Part shown: one piece after another, positions 50,801-62,800 of the stretch | Layout: every line of letters begins with the position of its first letter | How positions within the stretch are numbered: the stretch's first letter is position 1 | Assembly: GCA_047967505.1 (NCBI GenBank) | Contig: CM106538.1 | Source: Dipteris shenzhenensis | Taxonomy: Eukaryota | DNA: 64,000 nt | Direction: 5' to 3' (one strand) | The notes under the pieces: generated by a model | What the model saw: only the letters and a program-made list of their open reading frames with translations | Told to the model about the DNA's origin: nothing | The model's database searches: none | Translations under genes and position numbers: made by a program

Positions 50801-53800
50801 TTGAAAGTTCTATGTCAGAGATTTAACGAGTACAAAGGCTACTTGCTGATTTCAGATAAGTTCTCACATTTCAACAATATTTCAAACTTTGAAACCCACA
50901 GATTCCAAGGGGGTTAACATCAGATGTCAAAGGTAAAATTATCCTTTCCGAATTCAAAGGTGAGTCTGGTTCACCGGGTAAGCTGGAAGAATGGATAAGC
51001 AAACTGGAAGATTATTTCATATTGTATCCAAAAGGGGATCAAGCAAAAAATTGTGCTCCATCTTGAAGACTTTGGGCATACATGGTGGAGGCATCTACAA
51101 CAAGATGGTGTTGTAATTTATACTTAGGAAGCATTTGAAAGGGAGTATCTCCCCTGGTCTGGGACTAATATATCTGCAAATGGTATGATTTTGACTCAAA
51201 AAGGAATAGTGAAGAATTATATCAGACAGTTCTGGAAATTCGCTTTGTTCGTCCATGGCATTGATGACAGAAGTAGAATGCTCAAATTTATCCATGGAAT
51301 GCATCCTAGTATTGCCTCAGATGTTGCCGCATAAAAGCCAAGCACTCTCAAGGAGCCTATGTGGTTGGCTGAATTGTATGAGCCCAAGCACAATTTGAAG
51401 GAGAAGAATCTGGGAATTGGCCACGTTAGTGCTAAGACTTTAACGAAAGTTAGCACTTCTGATGATAGCAAGCCACATAAAATGCACTTCTTACTTGAAA
51501 CTCAAAATCCTGAAAGAGGATTAACTTACGCGTCACATAATATTTGAGCCTACATTAAGTCTAGGGAGTGAATTTAAACAGCTGGCATAAAGCAGTCAAA
51601 ACTGACTGCCAAGAAGCATTTTTTCTTAGAAACACATTGAGTCTCAGACCAAAGTATTTCAAACTTGCGTAATAAAAATTCACCAAATTAAATTTACCTC
51701 TAGGGGTGAGAAAGCAAAAGTTACTAGCGCATTTGCTGAAAAATTCACAAGAACTGTGATACTTAGAGCCCATCCCCGTGTTCGTAACGGGAAAATCTCT
51801 GAAAGCATAGTCCACCCTATAGGCCCAAAAGAAGCCTGAAATAATATGCACATAACAGCAAATTACTTGTACATAGAAATAAAAATTTCTGCTACCAAAG
51901 GCATGGCTAAAATTGAAGGATGTAACAGATCCAGGATCATTGTTTGCATGTTAGATCACAAAGAACACAAAATGCATTGAAACAGTCAGAACTGATATGC
52001 ATGGTGCTATATTAAAATTTACTCCATGTTGGAGCTACAAGGCAATTGAATGTGTAGATAATTCCTCTAGCATGTCTCGCTATTTGTGAGAAGACATCAG
52101 ACTTACTTCTACAGACTTCACATAGAACTGTCCAATACTGAGCAAAGCATTCAGACCAATTATATGGATGAATCTTACTTGATAGGAGCCCACATAGAGC
52201 AGCAGAGAGGTGACTGCCAAAGCTGGAACATTTGGCAAAAAGGCATAGTAAAATGCTAGAAGAAAGACTGAAAGAGTCTGCATAAGAAGGTGAAGAGGGA
52301 AATTATAGGGGCTTAAAAACACCATATTCGCTTTACAGTTAAGAAATTAAATCAGATACAAACTACTGGTGAGCTAATGGGACGTTTAAACATAAGGAAA
52401 ACATTGAATTAGCAACTTATTGGTGATCCAATTGGATATTCAAATTTAGGAAAATCTTACCAGGACAGTCACGCCTCCAATCAGCAACGGTCTTCGCCCT
52501 AGTTCATCTACTTTCCAGACTGCAATTAGTGTCATCAAGATCTGCAGCTCCACCAAATGATGATCATTAGCCAACGCGCATACGAAACTTGAATGTTTCT
52601 CATAAGAACCATTCCTTTGTTTTTAAGTCTTGCAATAGCAAATGGTCGATACAATAAAGATAAAACCTCAGAAACGCTAGGAACATGCCATGAACTTTGG
52701 AGGCAGATTCTACGCCTGACATTAAAAATGACTGCTTCTACGCCCAACGTTAAAATAACTGCCAACAACTGTATGATTCTGAAGTTTTCGGCATATCTCC
52801 CTCATTTGCATTCCATTATTCAAACACCCATTTGTGCCAATGTGTTCCTCCTTGAGAGCTTACCCTAGTGTTTTGCACGAAAATTTAGACTTGCATCTGC
52901 ACAAGTCTTCTAATCTTGAAAGACCACGATTTGTTGCTGAACAGATCCTAGTTGTATTGTATAATTATCTCTAATTCGATCACAAAGAAAAGCTGGATCA
53001 TAATTGGGAGAGACTCCCATGAAAAGAGCAATTGCCCACAACATCAAATAAAAAAGATTTCCATGTTGCGTTGCTGGGAACACATAAGCACATAAATCCA
53101 CATTAATCGGTACTTGAGGAGTCAACGGCTTGTGTGGAAGGTCATACAAAACAGCCTCAATAGGGTAGATCGAAGGGTGATTCAATATCTCATACAGCAC
53201 ACACACACCCCAATTGCCCGCCCTTTTTCCCCTTGCACCAAAGTGAATGATTTATAAGCTTGAGAATTGTCATCCTATTAAAGGGAGGTTTGTGCGAGAG
53301 CGTTGTCGTGTGGCATTTGGAATATTGGAAATTGGCAGAACAGACGTAAAGTGAAACAAAGATGATAAAGGCAAAGGTAAATGATGTTGTGAAGCTGATG
53401 ATTTTATTGCAACATGGCACGTGGCTACCCACATTTGACGCCAAAAAGGAGGTCTCTTCTGTGGGCTGATGATCCACATGTGTCCACTGCTCTTGACTTG
53501 TAAACTGGATATCTATAAGCACATACGCATAGGAGAAAATTTTAGCTTGTCAAGGAGCCAAGAGAAGCAAACGGAAGAAAATGAAGAGATAGGAAACCCT
53601 CATAAAAGGGGATTCTAGAAGGAGATCATGTAAAAACGAGAGAGAGAAACTATCTTAAAAAAAGAAAAATAAATTATAAGCATCTAAAAAAGAGAGGAAT
53701 GGTGAAAACAAAAAGACTTTGAAACAGACATAAAAGAAATAATGTATGGGCCCTTCCTGCGGTCAAGGATTAAGTCAAGGAGATCGCAATCTTGCATGCT

Positions 53801-56800
53801 CTTGTCTTGCTCTGTGAGCAAGTATAGATTCTCCTTCTTTGCTCTGCGTCTACCTCTTGCACAGCTTGAGACACCCAGGATTCTTTGTATGCTAAAGTTG
53901 CAGCAGCCCTTATTTCAATTCACCTGTACCAACATTGAACTAACTTGCCAAGATGTAGGAAGAAAGGCTTAGTTGCTGTGCAGAGAGGGGAGAGGGAGGA
54001 GGGAGGAGGAGTTAGAGAGAAGCAAAGGAAGGGAAAGAAGGCAGGCTCGCTACTGCGAGCAGGGTGGGAGCTGCTACACAAACGGGGTAGGAGTGGGAGT
54101 TTTGGTTCCAGTACAGAACCAAATGTACTAACTCAGACAGCCATGCCACCTGTGTTCAGCAATACTTCAAGGGAGGAGGAGGATGAGTGTGGCTTGTTCC
54201 TTCTATGCCACTGTGTTCTTTGCTTCACCGACATGATAAATGCAATAGCATCAGTTATTAGGGGATATAAGGTTCAAGCCTACAAATAATGAGAAGCTCT
54301 GTATCTCTTTCCTAGACAAGGAGAGGGATAGAGGTCTCAAGGAACCTCTCAATCATTGAATCTACTTGTCCATTTTTTGGAAACTCCACTGTTTCTGAAG
54401 GCTGGCAGATACTGCAAAGAGAGCTCTTCTCCTATTATGGTTTACAGTGCAAGAAAGACTTTGTTTAAGAAGTCCATAGACCATAGTGGCGAGAGTTTAT
54501 TTTATCTTATTTTAAAAGGTGGCTAAGCAGATGCGGCCAAAATACCTCCATGAAACACAGACCAAAATTGACTTGTAAAACAAAAAGTAGTTACCCACAA
54601 GGTTCGAAACCAACTATGCCATTTTCACAAACCAAAATGGGCTAACCATTACCTAACATATGCAACATTTATACATACTGATATTTAAAGTTTCACAAAA
54701 GCTTTCAAAACCTTTGACAATTAAGGCTTATCGCATAAAAATTTGTGCCCTCCGCAAATGCTGCAATTGTTCAAGATAACGCTAATTCATTCAACTGCCT
54801 GAAACAATAGAGATAAGAAATCCACTTAGAAAGAATTATAATGATGTCAACTGGCTATACCCAACAAAATCAGCATGCCTTTTTGCTTTAGTGGGTATGG
54901 GTCTGTTTACAGACAAGGATACACAACCAACAAGTGTGCTTATGTATACATGTACAGAGGAATCATCACACATCCCCAAGTTTCTTGGTAAAAGCCAAAG
55001 AAAAACACAGTTTTTAACCTTGGATAGTCACTAACAAGGCACAAATACTAGATCATGCATAGCATTTATTATATGCCGTGCCTTCCATTTTAAGGGGGTG
55101 TCATCTGCGAAGTATTTTGTGGCTATCATTTCCAGAGACATTTCTATTCTCAAATTTATTCCTTCAATACCCAGAAGAACTCCAAGAGTTGCCTACTATA
55201 AAACAAGTCTAGACACTAGCATCAATAGCCTGTTTTATAGTGAAGGACATTTCAAAGAACAGAGAGAGTTCGTTCTCACCTTGACAAGGCCAAGGATGAC
55301 AGAAACTCCTGTTGCATCTGAGGCAGTAGAAAATCCTGCATTCTGTACAGCAATCAATGAATGCTTTGCTAAACAACAGATCTGAGAAAAACAACAGATT
55401 TAAGGGAAAATTGCCCAGTTGCCACTGTGATGAACTCCTTAAATCTGCCAATTGGAGCAAACTAAAACGATGACCCCAGATTAATTGCCCTTACTTGTGA
55501 GATCACTATACCTGAAAGATTGTTGCAGCATAGTAAAGAACGCTAGGTTGTCCAGTAAACTGAGATTCCGAGCTAAGTCAGAATCCATGTTACAAGACCT
55601 TTTTTGCAATAATAGTTAGCCATGAATACAAAAAAACAAATCTGGCACATGCACACCTGCTGGAATAAAACAAGGCCAAGACCAATTATAAGGGCATTCA
55701 AGCTGCTGCCCTTAAAAATGTCTGAGAGGCTTGCTTCATTTTGAACAGATTGCAATGATTGCAAGGTTTCCTCTAGTTGATGCTTTAAAACGTGTTCATC
55801 AGCATCATTTCCCCTCAACCTACACATTGCTGCCATAGCACTCTCTCGTGCTGAATCCATTCTATGTTTTCCTTTGCATGCTTGAAGCAGGATCCAGCGA
55901 GGTGATGAAGGTAGCCACAACATGCCAATCGCCATAACAACAGCGATAGGTGCACCAACTATATACATGATCCGCCAACCTCCTACTGTATCTACCACCA
56001 GATAACCAACAAGATATCCAAGCTGTCGAACAAAAAGATTAAGAGTTGGTAGACAAAAGCAGGCAAAAGATTCTTCATAAACTTGTCTCTTTGTAAGCAA
56101 ACTTACCAGCATCCCCAAAACTACGAAGGCCTCTTTCATAGAAATCAGTGTCCCACGTATTTCGACAGGACATGTCTCTGCAATGTACATGGGGCCCCCA
56201 TGCATAGTCTGCCACAAGGAATCTTACATTAAGATCATGAAACCTAGACTGACCTTTACACGTAGCCCTTACAATGGTTTCTCAGGTCACCAGACAACTA
56301 ACTTCTTGCAATTCCATGCCTTACGCTTAATGTAGATAAATCATCCAACATTTGACATCTGTTGTTTCAGCGTTGCTAATCCTATCAACACACCAGATTC
56401 CCAAAATACTAGGAGTCATACTCAGACATTGTGTAGGCAATTAATGGAACTATTTAATTTTAAACAGATGCAGCAGTGCTCCTGTTAGAAATCTGTCATC
56501 TCCTGTCTATACATTAGTCACTGGTGAGTGAGGGCTTGTATGTGGGTGTGCCCACCTGAGATAAGTGCAATGTTCTCACTGTATTTGTACAGTTATTGAA
56601 GGCTTTTCCAGCAGACATTTCCAGGGACAATGGGTGGATGAAAGGTTGTCTACAAGCCTGGTTAAGGGGCTGGTCAGGACCTGGTAAAGGCCACATCTGG
56701 GCCAGGTAAGCAGGGCAGGTTTGGGCCTGTTTGTCCAACCAACCACCAGACCCTTGGATCAAGATTTGAGTTGATGGATCCGACAGGTCCAATTAAACCG

Positions 56801-59800
56801 ACCAGCCTGTCAGGGCCAGTCAAGTCTGGTCAGCCTGATGGACCAGACCAACCAGCAGGGGTTCCCCCTTATAAAAAGGGCACTACCTGTATTCTATCTT
56901 TTACAGTGAAGGTTTTCTCAGTAATAAACGTGTAGTTATTCCTGTACATCTCTATTCGCATTCTGCTCTCTCTCTCTCTCTCTCTCACACCTAGTATAAT
57001 ATAGCTTATCTATAATAACTTTGGAAGTGGTTATATGCGCTCCCAAGAGACTCTCGGTCTATAACTGATTTTTTGTGTTTACCTTTTTAGTGAGTGTGCT
57101 TTGTCTCATAGTCCCACAAGGGCTTCTGAAGCCGTTAATCTCTTTCTCTCTCTCTCTCTCAACCCACTTGTATTCTGGCCCACAACCCACTTGAAGAAGG
57201 GCAGATCCAAACACCCCTTAATGAGGAGCTGAATACCCTCAAGATAGAGAAGAAAAGCTCAAGGAAGAGATGGCTTCCCTACATATGACAATGCAAGTGA
57301 AGCATGAGGAGTTTTCCAAGCAAATAGACATAGGAAAGGCTGAAATGGAGTGGAATGAAGTAGTCAATAAGGGTAAAGCAGCTCCAACAAAGAAAGAATT
57401 TATTATGATGCCTTAGAAGAAGAGAAGAAAAGAAACAATAAAGCACTAAATGTCCTTGTTAGAGGCCTCTCAGTCGGGGCCACTGCAATGGCAGATGCTG
57501 AAGTCTTGATCACTAAGATGGGGGTCATTCTTACCTTCAAGGCAGCTTGGAGAGTGGGAAAGGATGATGCACCAACAAGACCTATGAAAGTGAGATTCCG
57601 GACACTAGCAGACAGGTCTACATTCGTGAGCATGAGGGCAGCCTTGAAGGGGACTACAACATACTTAGATGATGATCTCACAACAAGCGCACAGAAGAGA
57701 AGGGATGGCCCATGTGTTGGCTGCAAGACAAGAGCGGAGATGGGCTGTATATGAAGATGGTAAGGTCATCATCCGGGAGAGGGCAGAAAGAGGAGGGAGA
57801 GATACATATAGTGCATGAAGGTGTCAAGCATTTGATGCCCCTCTCTTGGGATACTTTAATTTCCTTTGCCCCTAGGCACATTTCTTACATTAGGCCCTTA
57901 GCCTTAGATCCACCTAGTCTGGTGCTATCATCCCTCACCTAGGACCTTGACATTAATTCCCTCTCGATCATTTACATGAAGCGCAAACAAATATATTACA
58001 AACATAGATCCTTAAGGGAAATGTCGACTGATTCTTCCGAGGTCATGCTACCTCGGCTAGAGCGTAACATTCCTTCCCTCTTCAGACATCAGTATCCTCA
58101 ATACTTGGTGACATTACACTGTAGCATTGTGATAGCAAAGAGAATGTTGTAGACATGAACCATCATCCAGCTACCTAACGCACAACCAACTTTTATGGCG
58201 GTGTGCTGCTTCCCCCCAAATACATCATCATATGCGCATGATGTCACTAGAGAGGGTCACAACCCATATGAGACAATTTATGCCAACATCATGGAGTTCT
58301 CCAGGCAGGGTCACTCTCTGAAAGATAGAATCAATTTGGAGAGGTGTCGTGGCGAACTCTACTTGTATAATCTGAAGAGGGACCGAGGGCTTACTTCTGA
58401 TCACCCGAGAATCCATAATCACATGCAATCTCTCAAGCCTCTTCCAGTTTGCCGTCGAGAGGTCACTCCCCAAGAAAGGTGATGCAGAAATGGCTGGTCT
58501 CATGAGCGTATAAAAAAGCCATCCCTGCGTATGCGGGTCCTGGAAGTGCACCTAAAAGCACTGTTGCTCTAGTTGAGCTAGAGCTCCCTAGCCGTGTGTG
58601 AATTGTGCTTTGGCTGAATGGACCATTCTGAAGACAAGGCTCGAGAAAAGTGCTTCGAATATGTGTAGGACTACACAATCTCTACGGGCTCGCCTTGGTA
58701 GGTGAAACTGTGTCGACGAAGCACCACCTGTGAGTGTTGAAAATCATAACCTTGGTCTTCCCAAGGTTGTCTGTCAGGTTCCTCTCCCAACAGAACACCT
58801 CTAGGGAGGAGGATACGAGGACTATGTCATCAACATAGAACAATATTTGTACCATCAAGTCAGCAAGCAGTGATCCCTCACCTCCTAAACTATCACAATG
58901 AAGGTAGTGATCTCATCTGTATACAGCCCAAAAGTGTCGGTGAGAGGGGGCATCCGTGCTTCACTCCAATCATGCTCTCAACCCAATTTGATAAACCTCT
59001 TGTAGCATGTACTCTACCTCTGACTGTCTCGTATAAGCTCATCACCCCCCATATCATTCTGCAGGAATCTGCCTCTCTTGAAGCCTCCTAATCATGCGAG
59101 TCCATGGGACAGTGTCAAAGGCCTTCCAAAAGTCCACGTAGACTTTCTGGGATCTCGATCTCGCCTCCTCAATGATGGCCCGTAGAGTGAAGGTGTGATC
59201 TAGAGTAGAGTGATGTCTCTTCCACCCGGCCTGCCCTAAATCTTGTTGCTCATGTATCTCTTTGAAGGCAATAATGTGTGGGCAATAATTCCCAGTATCC
59301 ATGGGATCTCCTAACTTGTGTATCGGGTTGATGGTGGTAGTGCTCCAAGCGGAGGGAAACCTGTGACAAACAGCCTGGTTGAACACTTGCGCAAGGACTA
59401 GTGCTCAGCCTCATGATCCTGTGCTCGCCAGTTGTGAAGCTGACGTAGTGCCGTCTGCACATTATAGATGGTGAACAGGGATATCAGCTCTGAGCACTTA
59501 TCATCAAACCATGGGTTTTGTGGCATCTCCTTGGGTGGGGAGGCGTGTTGTAGAGAGGATCGTGGGGAATGGTCTGATGGCCGCATTCTGGACCAATGAA
59601 ACAAGTGTCTCCGAAGAGTGAGTGAGGTCTGCATCATCACCAAAGGGAGTCGCCAGCCCCTGAGACAGGTGGCTTATGTATACCGCATGAAGAGAATGAT
59701 CAAAGTGTACTCCAACCTGGGCGGGGGAAGGGGGATCATGTCCTATAACTGGTAATGCGGTCGAGATACTGAAGGACAAATTTGAGTCGTCAGCGCCAAG

Positions 59801-62800
59801 TGGGAGGGGGTGATCTATGAAGAAACAGCTTGCAATGAAGAGCCTTTGTGCCATAAAGATGCTTTTGACAGCAAAGAGTCGATGGATGCAATGAGAGCTG
59901 AGTTACAATCCATTGCCAAAAATGACACATGGGAATTAGTAGATCTCCCTCCCAGCAAGCATGCCATTGGTGCCCGGTGGGTCTACAAATTAAAAAAGAA
60001 ATCTGATGGCAGCATAGATCGATACAAAGCCAACAACAAGGCATTGACTTTGAGGAGACATTTGCTCCCACATCCAAGATTACTACCATTAGATGTGTCA
60101 TTGCCATTGCAGCCCATCACCATTGGCAAGTGCACCAACTTGAAATCAAAACTGCTTTTCTTCATGGGGATCTGCACAAAGAAGTCTATGTCACACAACC
60201 TCCTGGCTTTGAGGTTGTTAATTCTGAAAACAAGGTATGCCGGCTTAGAAAAGCCCTTTATGGTCTGAAGCAGGCACCCCGAGCATGGTATGCCAAAATT
60301 CATGCACACTTACTATCTCTTGGTTTTCAGAATAGCCCCACAAAACCCACTCTTTATGTCCGTGGGAGTGGATCTGATTTTTTAGTGCTGATTTTATATG
60401 TGGATGATATGCTCATCACAGGCCCAGATCCTCAGCATATTGCAGCTTTCAAGGCTGATTTGCAAGAGGTTTTTGAAATGTCAGACATGGGACAGCTCCA
60501 CTATTATTTGGGCATTCAGTTTGCTCATGTTGAGGGGGGGTATCATGATGTCACAGTCCAAGTATATTGGACAGCTCCTTGATCGTTTTCAGTTCGAGGA
60601 TTGCAAGCCAATTTCTACTCCAATGGACCTTGGCTTCAAATTCTCAGCTCATGATGGGAGCCCACCATGTGATATCACTCTTTATCACTGGGCTGTTGGA
60701 TGCCTTATTTATTTATGTCACACCAGACCTGACTTACAGTATGCAGTATCTCAACTCAGCAGATTCATGCACATGCCCAGTTCACAGCATTGGCAGGCAG
60801 TGAAGAGAGTCTTCAAATATCTCAGAGGCACTCAGGATTTAGCCCTCTTCTATGGTGATTAGGGTTCACTTACCATGCATGCTTACATAGATAGTGACTA
60901 GGTAGGATGTTCTGACACTAGAGTGTCACATACCGGCAATTGTTTTTTGCTTGGCAATTCATGTATCTCTTGGCTTAGCAAGAAGCAACCAGCAATTGCC
61001 ACATCTAGCTGTGAGGCTGAGTACATGGCAGCTTTCACTGCCACAGTAGAGTGTGTTTCGCTTCGATAGTTACTTACAGATCTTAGTATTCGCCAGACAT
61101 CCTCCACTATTGTCTACACTGACAGCCAGAGTGCTTTGGCCATTGGACGTAACCCAGTGTTTCATGCGCATACCAAGCATATTGATGTTCACTATCATTA
61201 TGTTCGGGAGCGGTTGTCAGCAAGAGACATAGAGTTGTCCTATCTTCCCACAGAGGACAACATAGCAGATATGTTTACAAAGGCACTTCCTCATCCCAAG
61301 TTCGAAGTCTTCTGACAAGCTTTACACTTGGTTCCCTTTGTTACATGATATGACATCCCTTGTACATTCATAGGTGGCTATATCCTTTTGGATGAACATG
61401 TGCAACCATGACCAGAAAATACCAGGTATTCTAAGATGTTTCCAGAATACTTCAGCCCATCCCATGGAGGGGGGTTTGTAGGCCATCTTCTGGTGGTTCT
61501 AGTGATGCCCTATAGGCCATGGCATGTGCCTTGTAGGCATAAATATAGGCACTTATAGTTTTAGTGCCTTTTAGGCCACATAGGACACTTAGTCCTATGT
61601 GACACCTAGGACACTTAGTCCTAGGTCTAGGTACAAGTACTTTGTACTGTTTCTTTTCTATTACTCAAGATTGACGTGACAGCTAAGACTCTATCGACTC
61701 TTTGCACCTTGCTCTCTCTCTATCATCTAACGATCCTACAAACTCTTTGCACCTTGCTCTCTCTCTCTATCATCTAACGATCCTACAACCTGCAAATAGA
61801 AACCAAAGATATATGAAATGGCAAAGAATATAGGACGTGCAAGCCGTGCAGCCCAAGAAGGTTATTTTACACAAAAGATCTGCGAAGGAAACTGCTTCAA
61901 CTCAACTGATAGAAAATCCATTGATAAAAGAATGTGTAATCATGCATACAAACGCACCTTGCCACCTCAAAATCTGCCTCGACTCAATTGCTAATCTTTT
62001 TAACGTAGATTGAATTTATAAATTGTCCATATCTCTTCAACCGGTTATCTGTTTTCAATGAAACTTATATCAGAGCGAAGCTCTCTTTAAGGGTCTCCCT
62101 CCCATTTATTAGTTTCTTACAATGGGTCCAAGACAAGAAGTTATGAGTCTCTGTGTATGACTACTTATTTTTATGGTAGTTTTTACCCTCTTTCAGTAAA
62201 CTATCCATATCTCTTCAACCGGTTATTTGTTTTCAACGAAACTTATATCAATACGAAGCTCCTTTAAGGCACATCCCTGTATGTACTTTAATTTATGATC
62301 GCAGTTTTTTGGTAAAAGTTATAGACCTCTATGTTTTCTAGCAGTTTGTAGAATGATTTTAAGCCATTTCTAGAGGCTTCTGTGAAGGAGGTGCCATGTT
62401 TCCCTGGGATTTATCCATCCAACCAAATCAGCCCCTTCAAGCCCCTAGATATATATCAGTTCATGTCATGTTGAGATGAAAGATCTTCTTCCAACAACGC
62501 ATCACTCTTCTCTTTGGCGCCAATCGGCTTGGTGAGATAATGGCCTCTGCGGATCCTTTTCTTCTCCCGATGCTAGACTACAACATCACTTGGGATGTCA
62601 CCATATTCATTCTCCTCTAAGGGAAGCAAGGAGAAAGATATGTTGTGGTTTTTTTCGCATGAAAATATTTTCTTCATCTCTCTTTGCAAGTGATAAGGGT
62701 CTCTATTATTAAGATGGGGAAGAGCAAGAAGGTAAGAGGTGCATGAAGTTTCATTACCCCCAACTTCATGTCACACTATCATGCTCCATCATTGTAGTAG

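Noticed and set aside
52910-53206. 98-aa intronic ORF
   Set aside because: No recognisable domain or convincing splice context.
55573-56217. 214-aa ORF as a standalone gene
   Set aside because: It is two VGT exons plus read-through of an in-frame intron and flanking intron sequence.
62027-62270. ~60-bp direct repeat pair (tccatatctcttcaaccggtta...)
   Set aside because: Real, but no terminal inverted repeat or TSD could be delimited; probably subterminal repeats of an old DNA transposon.
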